NCBI GenBank assembly: GCA_002269645.1
Contig: NIVC01000232.1
Span: 1 to 64,000, forward strand
Length of the DNA stretch: 64,000 nucleotides
Origin: Macrostomum lignano
Lineage: Eukaryota
Direction: 5' to 3'
Below the pieces are notes generated by a model. That model worked only from the letters and a program-made list of their open reading frames with translations, searched no databases and was not told the origin of the DNA. Within the stretch, counting starts at the first letter, position 1. Every line of letters starts with the position of its first letter. The position numbers and the translations under genes are program-made. Below, piece by piece: positions 15,143 to 28,389 of this stretch.

Positions 15143-15853
15143 TATAATTACGGCATTAAGCTGGAAATAGTGAAAATTAGCTACTCAGGTCAAAAATAAA
15201 ACAGCAGATAACGAACAATATTTTATCATTTCGTACAAACAACACAGCAGTGATAAAAATAGGAAAGCAGTAACTCGAAAAACAAGAGTCACAGCTAGTT
15301 ACGGCCTTGCTCAGCATTGCCAGTAATCTTAATTTTTCATATTCAATATCTTTAGTGTTTGAAATTGCTGCAAAAAGTAGAGCTGCTTCTGCTCGGATTA
15401 TTCGTAGCGTATACCCTGCAAAGAGAAATGGTATATAGCTCGTGTATGCGGAAACTGACTCGGGCATCGTGTTATGGTGCTGAAGCTTTAGCTATTTGCA
15501 CAAATGAGGCTTTTGGTGCTAATCAATTATTAAGGTAATTGAACGGAAAATTTAAAATATCTTAAACTCTTAGGATAAAACAGTATTTAAGAAATGATTA
15601 ATTTTAGACAAAAGCTCAAAAGTTTTAAAAACTCACCGAATTCTAGGATTCCATTCCAGCAAGCTCTTTACACATTTATGATAACATTTATGTAAACATT
15701 AATTTAAAATGCATTGTTGAAAAAAGCCGGCAACTAATGTAACTTTATCCTTCCTTCCGCAGTCCGTTGACAGCTGCCTCAAATGACTGGCTCATGTCTT
15801 CAGTATAGGCAATTTGAGATTTCCGGGTCTCTGCAGCATTCCTCTTTCTCACT

Positions 15854-17065
15854 TTAGTCAGTGATTTTCTCCACAAGAAGCTTCACCACTTCTAAATGAT
15901 GGAAAAATTCAGCAGATTTCGCAGCTTCCTTGCAGCACTGATCTCTCACATTTTGGTCAGCGACTGTTTCCACAAGAAACTTTACCACTTCTAAATGACC
16001 ACTCGATGCCGCAGACTTCGCAGCTTCCTTGCAGCACTGATCTCTCACATTTTGGTCAGCGACTGTCTCTACAAGAAACTTTACCACTTCGAAATGGCCT
16101 TTCTGTGCAAAATAATTCGCAGCTTCCTTGTAGCACTGATCTCTCACATTTTGGTCAGCGACTGTCTCCGAAAGATACTTCACAACTTCTAAATGACCAA
16201 ACTCTGCAGCAGTTTTCGCAGCTTCCTTGTAGCACTGATCTCTCACATTTTGGTCAGCGACTGTCTTTACAAGAAACTTTACCACTTCTAAATGACCACT
16301 CGATGCCGCAGACTTCGCACCTTCCTTGCAGCACTGATCTCTCACATTTTGGTCAGCGACTGTTTCCACAAGAAACTTTACCACTTCTAAATGACCACTC
16401 GATGCCGCAGACTTCGCAGCTTCCTTGCAGCACTGATCTCTCACATTTTGGTCAGCGACTGTTTCCACAAGAAACTTTACCACTTCTAAATGACCACTCG
16501 ATGCCGCAGACTTCGCAGCTTCCTTGCAGCACTGATCTCTCACATTTTGGTCAGCGACTGTCTTTACAAGAAACTTTAACATTTCTAATAGAGCATCACT
16601 TGCAGCATATCCAGCTTCCTTTGAGCCCTGATGTCTCACACTTTGACCAGTGACTATCTCCAAGAGAAACTTCACCACTTTTAAATGACGATCTGTAGGA
16701 GTAGATTCCGCAGCTTCATTACAGCACTGATATTTCACTCTTTGATCCCAAATTTTTAAGATCAACATGTTTTTTATAGAGTCTTTCTTATTTTGCTTTT
16801 TTACCCCATCTAGTAGAGCTGCGACCACATCCCATTGACAAGCTTCTGCAGCATATTCTGTTGCCTGTAAGCAGCACCGATCCCGGGCATCTTGTCCGTC
16901 CACTTTGTTTACTACGAAATTAATGAGTTTTGTGCGACCTTGGATCGCTGGAAATTTTATAGCCGTAAAACAGTGCTCATTTTTTAAACGGCTGTCTTCA
17001 ATGCGTTCGAGTTGCTGCGTGAATAACTCAATCAATCTCGTATCGTCATCTTCATCGCTGCTCAT
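15854..17065 (-). CDS. D1: ankyrin-like repeat-only protein (~403 aa, ~9 repeats of 33 aa)
   Basis: ATG at 17065 (MSSDEDDD); 99-nt repeat KEAAKSAASSGHLEVVKFLVETVADQNVRDQCC. The stop TAA replaces an expected CAA, clipping ~18 codons. Confidence 0.8.
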   Translation of the reverse strand: MSSDEDDDTRLIELFTQQLERIEDSRLKNEHCFTAIKFPAIQGRTKLINFVVNKVDGQDARDRCCLQATEYAAEACQWDVVAALLDGVKKQNKKDSIKNMLILKIWDQRVKYQCCNEAAESTPTDRHLKVVKFLLEIVTGQSVRHQGSKEAGYAASDALLEMLKFLVKTVADQNVRDQCCKEAAKSAASSGHLEVVKFLVETVADQNVRDQCCKEAAKSAASSGHLEVVKFLVETVADQNVRDQCCKEGAKSAASSGHLEVVKFLVKTVADQNVRDQCYKEAAKTAAEFGHLEVVKYLSETVADQNVRDQCYKEAANYFAQKGHFEVVKFLVETVADQNVRDQCCKEAAKSAASSGHLEVVKFLVETVADQNVRDQCCKEAAKSAEFFHHLEVVKLLVEKITD

Positions 17066-17630
17066 CTTTATGATTTGATTTTCCAAAGTATTACTCGTAT
17101 AATACTTGCTTACGTCAATGATTGCTTACGTAGTTGCAAAGGAAGTTGCATATTAAAAACCAAGTCTATTTTTCCAAGTATGCGGCGATTCAAATGTATT
17201 TTAATGTCGATAAACTCGCAATGTTCCTGAAGGTTAAAGGCCAGTGGACAAATATTCAGAATAGAATGGTATATATGATAATATTATTCTTTTTCAATGC
17301 TGTAAATATTGCTGTTGTAGCCTACTGTATCTTATATCTAAAGCTGAGTGTACCAATCGATCGACCGGCCGGGTTTAACAAGGCGCCGCGGCCGCGGAAC
17401 GATTTTTTCCCAGGGGGCAAAGTTTCCGAAACTCAAGACCAGAAAGTGACAAAAAAGAGACAATGACACTCTCGGACAGTGACAAAAAATTGAGCAAAAC
17501 ACCTAAACTTAACTTTTTCTGCTTTCAAAAAAGGGGGCTCCACCCTTAGATATAGGCACAGCAGATATATTAATTTAATATGATTTGGCATCGTTGTTAT
17601 TTATATTTTAAAATCTCACTGACTCATGCA

Positions 17631-18406
17631 TGTGCATAAGGTCGTCTGGGGGTTTAGGATATTAGTTAGCAAATAAACGGTAGAGTGAATTGTGTAAATT
17701 TATGTGTAGAGTGAACAGTAAAGTGGTGGGTAGAGTAATACTTGTAGATTAAGGGTAGCGCTACTAGACAACTCCGTAAACGTCGATTTCGCGAAGGTCC
17801 GTCGGGCTGATGTCGGCCTCTAGCACCGCGGCAAGGTGCTCCCTCGGGGTGTACCACCTCCCCTGGGGTGTACCTCCAGCGGGGTGGGCGTCCAGCGAGT
17901 GTACCTTCAGCGGGTTGGGCCTCCAGCAGGTGTACCTCCAGCGGGGTGGGCGTCCAGCGAGTGTACCTCCAACAGGTGGGCCTCCCTCGGGGTGTACATC
18001 CGGCGGGGGGATTCCCGCCCCTCCCACCAATGTCGTGTGCACGCGTTAGTCAGTATAGTGTTGGGGCAGGCGGTGTAGGAAGGAAACCCCCGGTGTTGAC
18101 GCAGCCCTGTACAGTGAGCAACCAGCCCCCTTGTAGCAGGATGCGGGGGACAGAGAGCAGCCCTGTCGGAGGGGTGTGCTGGGACAGAGATTGCGAGGAG
18201 GCAGTAAGGGATAGAGGAAGCTGCCCGGTATGTCGCAGCGCGCGGCGCAGGACAGAGAGGCAGTGTGTAAGTCACCCCCGCGGAGGGACAGAGAGCAGCC
18301 CTGGCAGGAGGCGCGGGACAGAGAGGCAGTGAATCACACCCCCACGGAGAGACCCGTACAGAGAGCCCCCAGAGAGAGGGACAGACCAGCCGCGAGCAAC
18401 GTGTCA
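17631..18406. repeat. GC-rich LTR-like/TE segment with internal ~30-bp tandem repeats
   Basis: Repeats GTGTACCTCCAGCGGGGTGGGCGTCCAGCGA (17850-18000) and GGACAGAGAG motifs; TG..CA ends but no TSD found. Confidence 0.35.
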
Positions 18407-20145
18407 TATCAAACCCTTAAATAGAAGCAGTTCAAAGTGCTTTGTACAGTGCAAACAAAGGCTACAAGACTGTCGAGATTCGACTGGTTTTATTATCGGC
18501 ACCTTTCAATAAGCAGCCTGTGTAATAGCTGGGCAGTGAAATGCAATGAATAATCTTACTGTAGCAGACAGGGAACGTACACTCGATACTTTAATGCTTT
18601 AATTGGAAAGTTTCAAACGCAAACTGTTTCTCGAGTTTTAAGCGTTGAGAGTAGAGAATTATATTGTGTTGGTTTGTGACTGGTCTTGACTTGTTCCACC
18701 AGTGAAGAGCGAGAGAACCCGAGGCCCCGCCAGGGCCGAGGGCGAGTAAATAAGTTAGACTCCCATGCATTTTGAAATTTCACGTTTTTTCGCCAAAAAA
18801 TGTTCCTGTTTTGCAACCATTGCATCGATTAAGTTGAGTGAGGTGTCGATTGATAGAAAACTTTTCGATCTATCGAACGAATATACTTTTAAGTGCAGAG
18901 ATTTTTTAACTGAGCCGTTAATTAACTGGAAAGACAATTTCTTCAAAAGTGCTTCTAGGAGATCTCAAAATTCTGGTACATCTTACGAAATACGGCTTCG
19001 AAATCTGAGGATCAAAGTTGTAAAACTAAATTTTCTACAAAATGGTATATGGCGCTTTGATTTATTTCGGCGTCTTTATGCAGTTTTTGTGGGTTTTTTA
19101 GTAAAAAAAATGACCCTCATTTTATTATTTCCTCCCTTTTTCCTACGAAGCTTTTTGAGTTTGGGCTTCAAAGCAGTGCTTTTAGATGTGCAATGCAAAA
19201 ATCTACAAGTGTCTAAAGTTTTGTTTTCCTACGATTCTGCAGTGCTGAGAAAATCGACAAGAATCGATTTTGAAAAAAATCACATGACTTTCGTATTATT
19301 GCTCATTATAATTTTGAGAACATGGTGCGAATAATCCAACTTCGAATTTCTATAGCATAGTTGCTGTACTATATTGGTTTAAATTGCCGCCGTCTGATTT
19401 CGCTGCTTTCGGGTTGAAAAATCGATCAGAAATCGATAATTTGTGATTTTTGGCTGATTGGGTGCCAGAAAAATGGGTGATTAAATTTTTAAAAGAATGG
19501 TAAATCAAATGCGGACACTGCAATTAGTTGTACTAATGTCTGGCTAAAATTGACCAAGTTTTTTGAGTGTCTGCAACAAGTGCTCATGTGTCAAAAGTGA
19601 TCGGAAATCGATCAGAGTAGTGATTTTTTAATATTTTGCTTGAAATCAGGAAAAAAACGCAATAGGACGGCAATATTTTAATGACGGCTGATTTCCCACA
19701 AAACGAGGCATATTTGTGTGCAATTTCTAGAGATTCGGTTCATTGGGTAAAAAATTATCGATAAAAAACTGAAAACTTGACTTTTTACTCTTATGTTCGT
19801 TCCTGGGCTATTTAAACTGGAAATGGTAGGAATTTTGCACTGAAACCAATGCACAGTGTTCCAGACAGTTGGTTTATAAAATTACTTCCGTTTCATAACC
19901 ATTCGATGTTTTTTTAGGTAAAAATGCTTTTTTTGCACCAAAATTCATCAGATTAAGCTGCATACCGCTTTGCATAATCTGCATTTGCATGCGATTGCTT
20001 GCATGGCTTTGTCATTGGGCTGAGTTAAGCTGGTTAGAAAGGAAAGGAGAAGGAAGGAAAAGAAGGAATATTCGTACATACAATGTACACACCCGTCGCT
20101 TCCAAGTGGGGTTGTGGCAACGTGAGAGGGCTTGGCTGGCTGGAG

Positions 20146-20320
20146 CACCCCAACTGCCAGCTGGAAAACTGCCAGCCGACAACTGCCAGCCGGAAAACTG
20201 CCAGCCGACAACTGCCAGCTGGAAAACTGCCAGCCGACAACTGCCAGCCGACAACTGCCAGCCGACAATTGCCAGCCGACAACTGCCAGTTAAGAAAACT
20301 GCCAGCCGACAAGTTCTAGC
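20146..20320 (+). repeat. Left arm of inverted 14-15-bp repeat array (AACTGCCAGCCGAC)n
   Basis: Starts CACCCCAACTGCCAGC; mirrored at 25590-25797. Confidence 0.85.
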
Positions 20321-21014
20321 TAATTGAATCTACTGTAGCCTACTTATTAGCTAAGTAAAAAGCATGAAACTGTTTGGCTAGCAAAAGGCTTGTGGGGTAG
20401 CATTAAATGTCGCTCTTCCCTTCCCTAATTTTTTCAGATTTCCATTAGAAGTATATACGTCGTATGTGAGGAAAAGTTCTGCTGTGCAAATTTTATACAT
20501 ATTACAAGTCTGAGTGTGTAATGTAGACAGTTTATTTTAAGTTTCAAGCACTGAATTACGAGTTACGCCACTGATGTACGAACTAAAGCCCCGTAGAATA
20601 GGTTCTTGTAATGACTCAGACTAGCTATTTAGTTTGGCGAGAGAAACGATGCACTTAAATGAGCCGACTGCTCAATTCAATATATTTATAGGCACGAGAG
20701 CATTGTGTAATAAGAGTATTGCTACGAGTTAGTTCATCGACCAAGCCAAGTATATTATTACCGCGCAGAGCGTACACTACATCTCTCCTCATTTTGGATT
20801 AAAAGTTTTACTGCAAAAGGTTTTTTAAAAACTGAAAATTACCACAAATACGAGTAAAATCTTGCAAAGAAGAAACATTAATAGAGAAAATGTTACTGGT
20901 TGTACATGTAATATGCCTTAGCTGGAGAATGAACAATTTTCTATCCGCAATCTCAAGACGCAAAAGCAAAATCAAACAAGATATTAGCGTCAGTCTGCCA
21001 AGCGCGAGTTATAG

Positions 21015-22471
21015 TTAAACCCTATAGTTCACTTTCACCTTGGCCTCTCGGGGGTGTGGTCGCAGCGCAATTGGAGGGGTCGCGGGTTCGCTCCCCGCAG
21101 CTTGCAGGATCGGCGGTGCGGTCTCCCCGACAGGAAAATCGGGCTCTGCATCTGGCGCTACCCGCTTCAGGTCAGTGCAGTGCCGCCTGCAAACTCTGGC
21201 GCCCTGCCGAATGGTCATCGAGTCGCCCTTGACACTCTCGACCAGCCAGGGTGTCCACTCGAACGGAGCCTCGCCCTTGAGCGGATTTAGTCGGCGCCGG
21301 AGCACCGTGTCGCCGACTTTGAGCCCATGCGGTCTCGCCTGCCGTCGCTTGTCCGTGTAGCGCTTGCCCTTTGCCTTGCTGCTGGCGTCCTGCTGTCGGA
21401 GCCTCCTGTCTGCGATGGCCACCGGTCTCGACGGCCTGATTGACGGGATGGCGTCGTTTGGGACGCGACCCAAGAGCAGCTCGGCTGGTGCCCGGTTGGT
21501 GGTTCGCTGCGGCGTGCAACGGTAGGCCAGCAGCCACTCGTCAAGGGCCGCCCTCCAGTCGCGCTTCTGGGCAATGGCAGCTCGTACAACCTTATTGATG
21601 GAGCGATTCAGGCGCTCAGTGATGCCGTTGGCCTGCGGATGCAGCGGTGTGATGAGACGCTGCCGGATTCCGTAGCTGTCCAGAAAGCCTTTGAACTGGG
21701 CCGAGGAGAATGGCGGGCCGTTATCGGTGACCAGTACCTGTGGGATGCCGAATCTGGCGAACGAATTCCTCAGCTTGGGAATCAGCGCTTCGGCCGTTGT
21801 GGTCTGGACGATCTCGACTTCAGGGAAGCGCGAGTAGTGGTCAACGCAGACGAGTAGCATGCTGCCTTGAATGGGGCCTAGCAGGTCTGCCCTAGTGTTA
21901 GCCATGCAGCTTTCGGGATCGGCGTCGGCTTCAGCGGCGCGGCGGTCACGTCGGCCGCGTGCGACGTAGCTGCACAGGCTCGGCAGGCACGCACGAAGAG
22001 CTCCGCTTCTGTCTGCATCCTCGGCCACCAGACTTTGGTGCTCAAACGGTCAACCGTCTTGCGCAGGCACTGATGACCGCGGTGTGCCAGGTCCAAAACC
22101 AGGCGCCGAAGCGCCATTGGAACTACGATTCTCTGGCCCCGCAGGAGCACGCCGTCCGCTGCCGATAGCTCATTCCGTAGGGCGTGGAGCGATCGCATCT
22201 CCGCCGACTCGAGGCTCCATCGTCCTGTCTCCAGCGATCGAATAGCGGCTTGAATTGTAGCATCTTGCAGCGAACTCTCTTGCACTGAGGACAGCGACAG
22301 CGCGTTCGGTATGGCCGCCTGGACGATTGCAGCGATGCAGAGGGTGTCGAGCTCTTCGCCGACATTTCTTCCTCGTGTTGGCAGCGGCTGCCGGCTCAGC
22401 ACGTCCGCTGGGTTAAGTGGGCCAGGCTGATATTCGACTGTAAATTTCATGTGCTGAATGCGCAGCGCCAT
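21015..22471 (-). pseudogene. Gypsy integrase (H2C2 plus DDE core, frameshifted)
   Basis: AHRGHQ..VWWPRM..CRAC; VDHYSRFPEV; VTDNGPPFSS; HPQANGITERLNR. Confidence 0.9.
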
Positions 22472-23917
22472 TCTTTCGATCCTCGGGGAGGCCTTGAGCC
22501 ACTGCTGAACAATGCGATGAGCGGCTTGTGGTCTGTCACCACCGTAAATGTCGGAGCGCCGTGCAGATAGTACTGAAATTTCAAGCAGCCGTATTTGACG
22601 GCCAGCGCCTCCTTCTCAGTCTGGGAGTAGCGCTGCTCAACATCGGATAGCGTCCGGCTGGCGTACGCGACAGGCCGGTTGGTGCCGTCCGCTTGCGTCT
22701 GCGTTAGGATCGCGCCCAGGCCCGCTGGGCCTGAAGAAGGCGAGGGTGCCGCTGGTCGCAATCCGGGTCTTCACGTCGTCAAAAGCTCGTTTCTCGAGGT
22801 CAGTCCATGCCCAGGGCTCGCCTTTCCTAGTCAGATTGCGCAGTGGCCTCGCTACATCCGCCAGCCCGGGGGTGAATGAGGCCAGATAGTTGACCAGGCC
22901 TAGGAACGAGCGCACCTCTGTGGCGGTCTTTGGCTCGGCAAATGCGTGGATGGCTTCCAACTTGGACTGGGTTGGTCTGACACCTTCACTGGACAGCTGC
23001 ATCCCCATAAACGTGACCTAGGTACGGGCGAGCTTGCATTTTAACGGATTCAGCGTCAGCCCGTGCTGCGCCAGTCGTCGCAGACATGCCTGCAGGTTGC
23101 TGTGGTGCTCGGCCACGCTGTGCCCATACACGATGATGTCGTCGTGAATCCATTTTACTTTCGGGAGTCCAGCTAGCACGGATGACATGACCGCCTGGAG
23201 AATTTCCTGGGCCGTAGACAGTCCCATACAGAGCCGTGTCAGCCGCCGCAGGCCTCGTGGTGTCGAAAAAGTCAGAAGATGGCGGCATTCGTCGGCGACT
23301 GGGATTTGATAAAATGCCTTCGCGATGTCGAGCTCTGAGAATAGCTGCGCTCCTGCCATGTCTCCCGTCACCTCCTCGAATGTCGGGATGGGATGCCGCT
23401 CTCTAATGACCGACTTGTTCAGGTCTCTCAAGTCCTGCGTAATCCTGATCTCGCCTGGAGTCTGCTTGGGCACGACGACGATGCGGGCTACCCACGGACA
23501 GGGGCCTTCCACCGGCTCGATGATGCCTTGGTCCTCGAGGCACTGCAGCTCGGCGTCGACTGCCTGTGCGAGATGTATTGGCACCCTTGATGGGGGATGA
23601 CAGACCGGCCTGGCTCCCTCCTCCAGGAAGATGCGGGCGGCATAGTTTTTGAGCCTGCCGATTCCGCTGAAGACTAGTGCGTTCTCCGTTAGGAGTTCGT
23701 GCAGGGCCGGTGCCCCCGGCGCATGTAGGACGTCCTTTGGGATCCCTGTTAGCATGCTGTCTAGCGAGACCTCGGGAGACGGACGCAGCTGGTATGCCAC
23801 CTTGTTCTCCGGGCCGACTCGCAGAATCTGAAGTCTTTCAGCGCTTCTCCGGCCAATGATGCAAGCGCCCTCACCGTCGAGCACCAAGAACGGTAGTGTC
23901 TCGTGGATCTCGAACAC
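22447..23917 (-). pseudogene. Gypsy reverse transcriptase and RNase H (broken)
   Basis: LDIAKAFYQI, WIHDDIIVYG, stop at 23018; RNase H YASRTLSDVEQRYSQTEKEALAV; pieces in different frames. Confidence 0.9.
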
Positions 23918-25053
23918 GCTGACTTGCAGGTCTGCCTTGCCAGCAATCTCAGCGGCTCTTGGCTTCCGTATGGGTAGACCTTGTCGCTGGTGGGCTGCAG
24001 CGCGGCTTTTTGCGGCATCCTGTCGTAGGCCGCCCTGTCGATGATGTTGCAGGCCGCGCCGCTGTCGATGAGCACCTTTGTCTTGAGCCCGTTAATTGTC
24101 GCAGGCGTCCAAGTAGAGCCGTAGTTCCTCAGGGTGAATAGCTCGTGCTCGATGGGGTCGTCTTGCAGATATTCGACTCGACCCGGCGGAGCCTCCTCCT
24201 GCGGTTCGTCAACGGTCCTCAGAGGGACTTTAGCTGCTCCTCGACACGCCCGAGCGAAATGACCCATCTTGCCGCAGCGTCGACACGCCTTGTTACGGGC
24301 TGCCTCGCACGTCTGATGTCCTGGTCGCCCGCAGCGATCGCAGTTGATGCCGCTGTCTCTTGCCGCGGCAGCCGGCCTGGTTGTATGGGATGGTCGGTTA
24401 CGAGGTGGACGCAGCGCCGCCACATTCGAAGCGGAAGGATGGCCCGTGTCGGCTGCGGCGCCGATCTCCATGGCCTGGGCCTGCTGCTCCGCTGCCTCCC
24501 TCGCTCGGATTCGCTTCAAAACGTCGTCTAAGGAGACATCGTTGAGCTGCAGGAGTTCCCTCCTGATCCTCTCGGACCGGTAATGAGCCACGATCTTGTC
24601 CCTGATGAGCGAGTCTCGGAGTTCGCCGAATGTACATTGGTCCGCAGCCTTGCGTAGCCGATGATACCAGGCCTCAATTGACTCTCCTTCCTCCTGCCGG
24701 CATATTTCAAACTGGTACCTGAGGAAGACAACGCTGTTCTTTTGGTCGAAGATACCCTGCAACTCTTTGATGAGCTCCTCCGCGGACTCTCCTTTCTTGA
24801 CGCCGTTATCGTCCATGAAGTCTTCCAGCTTCTCGCCCGCAGTGTAAACTAAGAGCTCCAGCTGCTGTGTCGCATCTGTGATGCCAGCTGCGCGTATGTA
24901 GCTGTTGAACCTTCGCGTCCAGGTTTTCCATCGCTGAGCTCTTGTCAGAGGATCGCCTTCGAGGTCAAAGGCGTCTGGTGCCGCGAGTTGCAGGGCCTGT
25001 GCCATATTTGCTGAATCACCGTTCGTTATCAGTGCGCAGGGGGTTGGCCTCAC
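23761..25053 (-). pseudogene. Gypsy gag with Zn knuckles and aspartic protease
   Basis: RQEEGESIEAWYHRLR..CTFG gag motif; CRRCGKMGHFARAC knuckle; IDSGA protease; frameshift before RT. Confidence 0.9.
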
Positions 25054-25329
25054 TGAGAGTTTGCTTGCGACGCCATGTAATGACTCAGACTAGCTATTTA
25101 GTTTGGCGAGAGAAACGATGCACTTAAATGAGCCGACTGCTCAATTCAATATATTTATAGGCACGAGAGCATTGTGTAATAAGAGTATTGCTACGAGTTA
25201 GTTCATCGACCAAGCCAAGTACATTATTACCGCGCAGAGCGTACACTACAGTTCTAATACGAGCTATAGAAACAACATGAACAATAAATTACATTAGCCC
25301 AAGAGTCACAGAAATAGGGGCAGTGTCCA

Positions 25330-25530
25330 ATGGCTCGCCCTGCTAGCAAGAGAACGAAGTCCACCCGCCGGCGGTGTCCAGCGCATTGGCGTCGCACACC
25401 AGGCTGTCCAGTGAGTCTAAATATCGCTGAGTTTGAGCCTGGCCCCGCCTGAACAGGCCCTGCATGGTGAGCAGGATGTCCTGGACAGGTTGGGGGCAGT
25501 AAGTAGCTTTCGGCACGGATGACGTAGTCC
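25330..25530 (-). mobile_element. 3' fragment of RTE-like LINE
   Basis: YCPQPVQDILLTMQGLFRRGQAQTQRYLD is homologous to the LINE end at ~39700-39800. Confidence 0.65.
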
Positions 25531-25589
25531 GAGCTATATTTTTTACAGCTGTCTGCATTAACATTAGTGGTACTCCAGCTAGCACTTGT

Positions 25590-25797
25590 CCGGCAGGCAG
25601 TTTTTCGGCTGGCAATTGTCGGCTGGCAATTGTCGGCTGGCAGTTGTCGGCTGGCAGTTTTCCGGCTGGCAGGTTTCTTGGCTGGCAGTTGTCGGCTGGC
25701 AATTGTCGACTGGCAATTGTCGACTGGCAGTTTTCTGGCTGGCAGTTTTCTCGGCTAGCAATTGTCGGCTGGCAGTTGTCGGCTGGCAGTTGGGGTG
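25590..25797 (-). repeat. Right arm of inverted repeat array (GTTGTCGGCTGGCA)n
   Basis: Ends GCTGGCAGTTGGGGTG, the reverse complement of the 20146 end. Confidence 0.85.
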
Positions 25798-25989
25798 GAC
25801 CCGTATTATGTCCCACAAAACTGGCCTGGCTTTCCAAGCACTTAAGCTGATGCTAGAGGATCTTGCGCCGAAACAACCAGCTTAAATGGAGTTGTATAAC
25901 CCTGCTGCTGCTACGCTCTAGAGACTTTAGACAATTTTTTTAGATCGAGGGCCTATTGTAGAAGATTCCAGTTCATGGTTGCGGGCCAG

Positions 25990-26520
25990 ATAAGAGAGGA
26001 AATGAAAGAGAATAGATGGAGAAGAGAAAAGAGGAGATAAAAGATAAAGATAAGGCAAGGCGAGGGAAAAGCAAGAGGAGAGGGGAGACTAGAGAGAGAT
26101 TAGAGAGGAGAGAAACAGAACAGACAAAGAGAAAAATGGGATAAGTAAATATTTAAATTTTTCTTGAGATCTCAAAGTTCTTTTTTATCGGTACAAAACT
26201 AGGTTTATCAAGTAGTATGAAGACCCACGTCTAAAAAGAAGCCCGTTCACTGGTGGCAAAAAGACGTGTGCGTCTTCATACTACTTGTTATTAAATTGAT
26301 GGATTGAAGGATAAATTAATGGATTGCAGTTTAAGGGAGAGGATGAGAATGTTAAATGAGGGAATAGAAGAAAAAGAATACGAAAGAGGAGATAAAATAT
26401 TAGATAAGAGGAAACATAAGATTAGAAAATTAAAGGAGAGAGAAGAGAGTAGAGATGAGAGCAGAGAGGAGAGTTACAAATAGAGAGAGCAAAGAGGAGA
26501 GAGAAGACAGGAGAGAGAGT
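25990..26520. repeat. GA-rich low-complexity tract
   Basis: Strong purine bias on the + strand. Confidence 0.7.
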
Positions 26521-27244
26521 CTCAGTCTGGACGATGGGGTCATGGGATTCAGCTGATGGATTTCAGGGAATGGAATTCTGGCAATGGGAGTTCTATCCCC
26601 TTTCTCCTCCAATTTAGGAGTTGGCCACGTTTTTCTATAACATATTAGTACGTAGAATGGAAAAGCTAAAATAAATTCCGTGATAATTATTTTTGGCATA
26701 AAGTGAGTCTTTCTTGGAGCACTTTTTAAAGAAGCATGTTGAACTTTAAGCATGTTTTAACGTTAAATAGCAAATAAGTTGGCTCGCCAGTCTTGACTTA
26801 CTGATGGTTCACGTACGCTCGTATTATAAAATTACAGATGAAGTGATAAAAGAATTTTGTCAGCAATTCTGTGAAATAGGAACCTACAAGTGCAATTACA
26901 TAGTTGTAAAATCTTGTAAACGTAAAAATAATTACCACGGATGGGGCGCCTGCTATTTTTACCACTCTAAAAGACTTTTTTGCTCAATATTTTAGAGGAC
27001 CATAAGCTTATCATATCGGTCAACATGTTGGATCTCGCAATACCTGTCATCATAGATTGGAATTCTATTAAAACTACGGCGCTTGTCGTAGTTAGAATTG
27101 TTTGGCAATGTTAAAATAATAATGTAATAAAATGTTTACTATTCCAAGAAAATGTGCTGGTTCCTGTTGCCCAGTTCGTTGATAGGGTCTTGTTTAGGTA
27201 AATTCTTCTATAACCAAACGTAGCAGAGTTTTAGCATAGTGCTA

Positions 27245-27425
27245 CGAGTATAGCGTCGTACTCACGATTGAGAGGTCGGGCGTTCGATTCTCGGCAAACT
27301 CTAAACAATTTTTTGTTTATGTCCTTGAGCAAGACACCTAACTCTGCATGCATTGCTTCAGTTCACCCAGCTGTAAAATGGGTGCCAGCATAACTGGGGT
27401 AATTTAGGGTGTGTGGCGACCCCCC
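27245..27425 (+). mobile_element. CORE-type SINE
   Basis: B box CGTTCGATTC, then GTCCTTGAGCAAGACACCTAAC..CAGCTGTAAAATGGG resembling the MIR/CORE domain. Confidence 0.75.
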
Positions 27426-28279
27426 CAGTCCTTGGACTGAAAAACCATAAGAAGTTTTCTGATGCAAATAGCTGCGGTTAGCTGTCGGTTCGAATTCTGC
27501 CGATTTGGGCAGGTGTAATCAATAATTAAATAAAAAAAACAATCACATGATGATTCCCAATTTTTTCAACCTCTTACCTTTTGTCTGCAAGAAACAGCCA
27601 AATCGAAACACCAAGTCTACCTTTGGGATAGTAAGAAGATGTTCTTTCTTTAAGCTTTTCAGTTTTTGTTGCCAGTGCAGTATCTGTCATAAGGCTGTCC
27701 TTCTTATAGATATATGAGACAGAGGAGGCTGCTTCATTTTTTACCGAGTTTGAGAGCTTGTGAGTCACATTGTGCTGCATCCACCAGTCTACCCCTCCGC
27801 TGAAGTGTTTACTCTGGTTTCGGGCCTAAATTAGAGCTTAGACCGAGGCTCTGAAATATAATAGCGTACGTACGAGCTACGCACAGATTTTAATAAGAAG
27901 GGTGCTCGAAAAGTAGTAGATGCTACCAATGATGCATCGAGCCCCAACCAAGCAGGTTCCAGAAGCATAACGCTGGCACCTGTAGTGCATGAGCAATCGG
28001 ACTTGCTATTGTTCTCACCGTGTGTTTAAAGCCAGAGGTAAAAGCTCAGAGCAGACAAGCCTTCCCACGAGACGACGCTACTCGCGTATGTTCGCAAAAA
28101 AGCTGCTTACTTATGCTGCTTTCACTTTTATCTTGAATCACGTGATTTCGATTATCATAGAATATTTGCTGGACCAGCTTGAAAACTTAATTTAAATTTC
28201 GCTTTGATTTTTGTAAGTTTTGCATTGCCCTGTTGCCAGTTAAGCTAAAAGAAATCGGCTTTTCTCTCTGTTTATTGTT

Positions 28280-28280
<1 letters not shown>

Positions 28281-28336
<56 letters not shown>

Positions 28337-28337
28337 A

Positions 28338-28389
<52 letters not shown>

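Larger units (their letters stand above)
20607..25250 (-). mobile_element. Full-length Ty3/Gypsy LTR retrotransposon with disrupted gag-pol
   Basis: 175-bp LTRs (20607-20781, 25076-25250; TG..CA; one mismatch seen), 5-bp TSD GTTCT, PBS TGGCGTCGC, PPT GAGGAGAGA; gag/PR/RT/RH/IN in order. Confidence 0.97.

Noticed and set aside
17868-18332. CPVCR RING-like motif
   Set aside because: Only part of a RING, inside GC-rich tandem repeats with several overlapping open frames.
19948-20327. Repetitive ORFs (QPTTASRQLPADNC..), also 25343-25885
   Set aside because: Translations of the 14-15-bp inverted repeat arrays.
23100-23160. RT active site WIHDD instead of YxDD as a novelty
   Set aside because: Non-Tyr variants are common in this group of invertebrate Gypsy elements.
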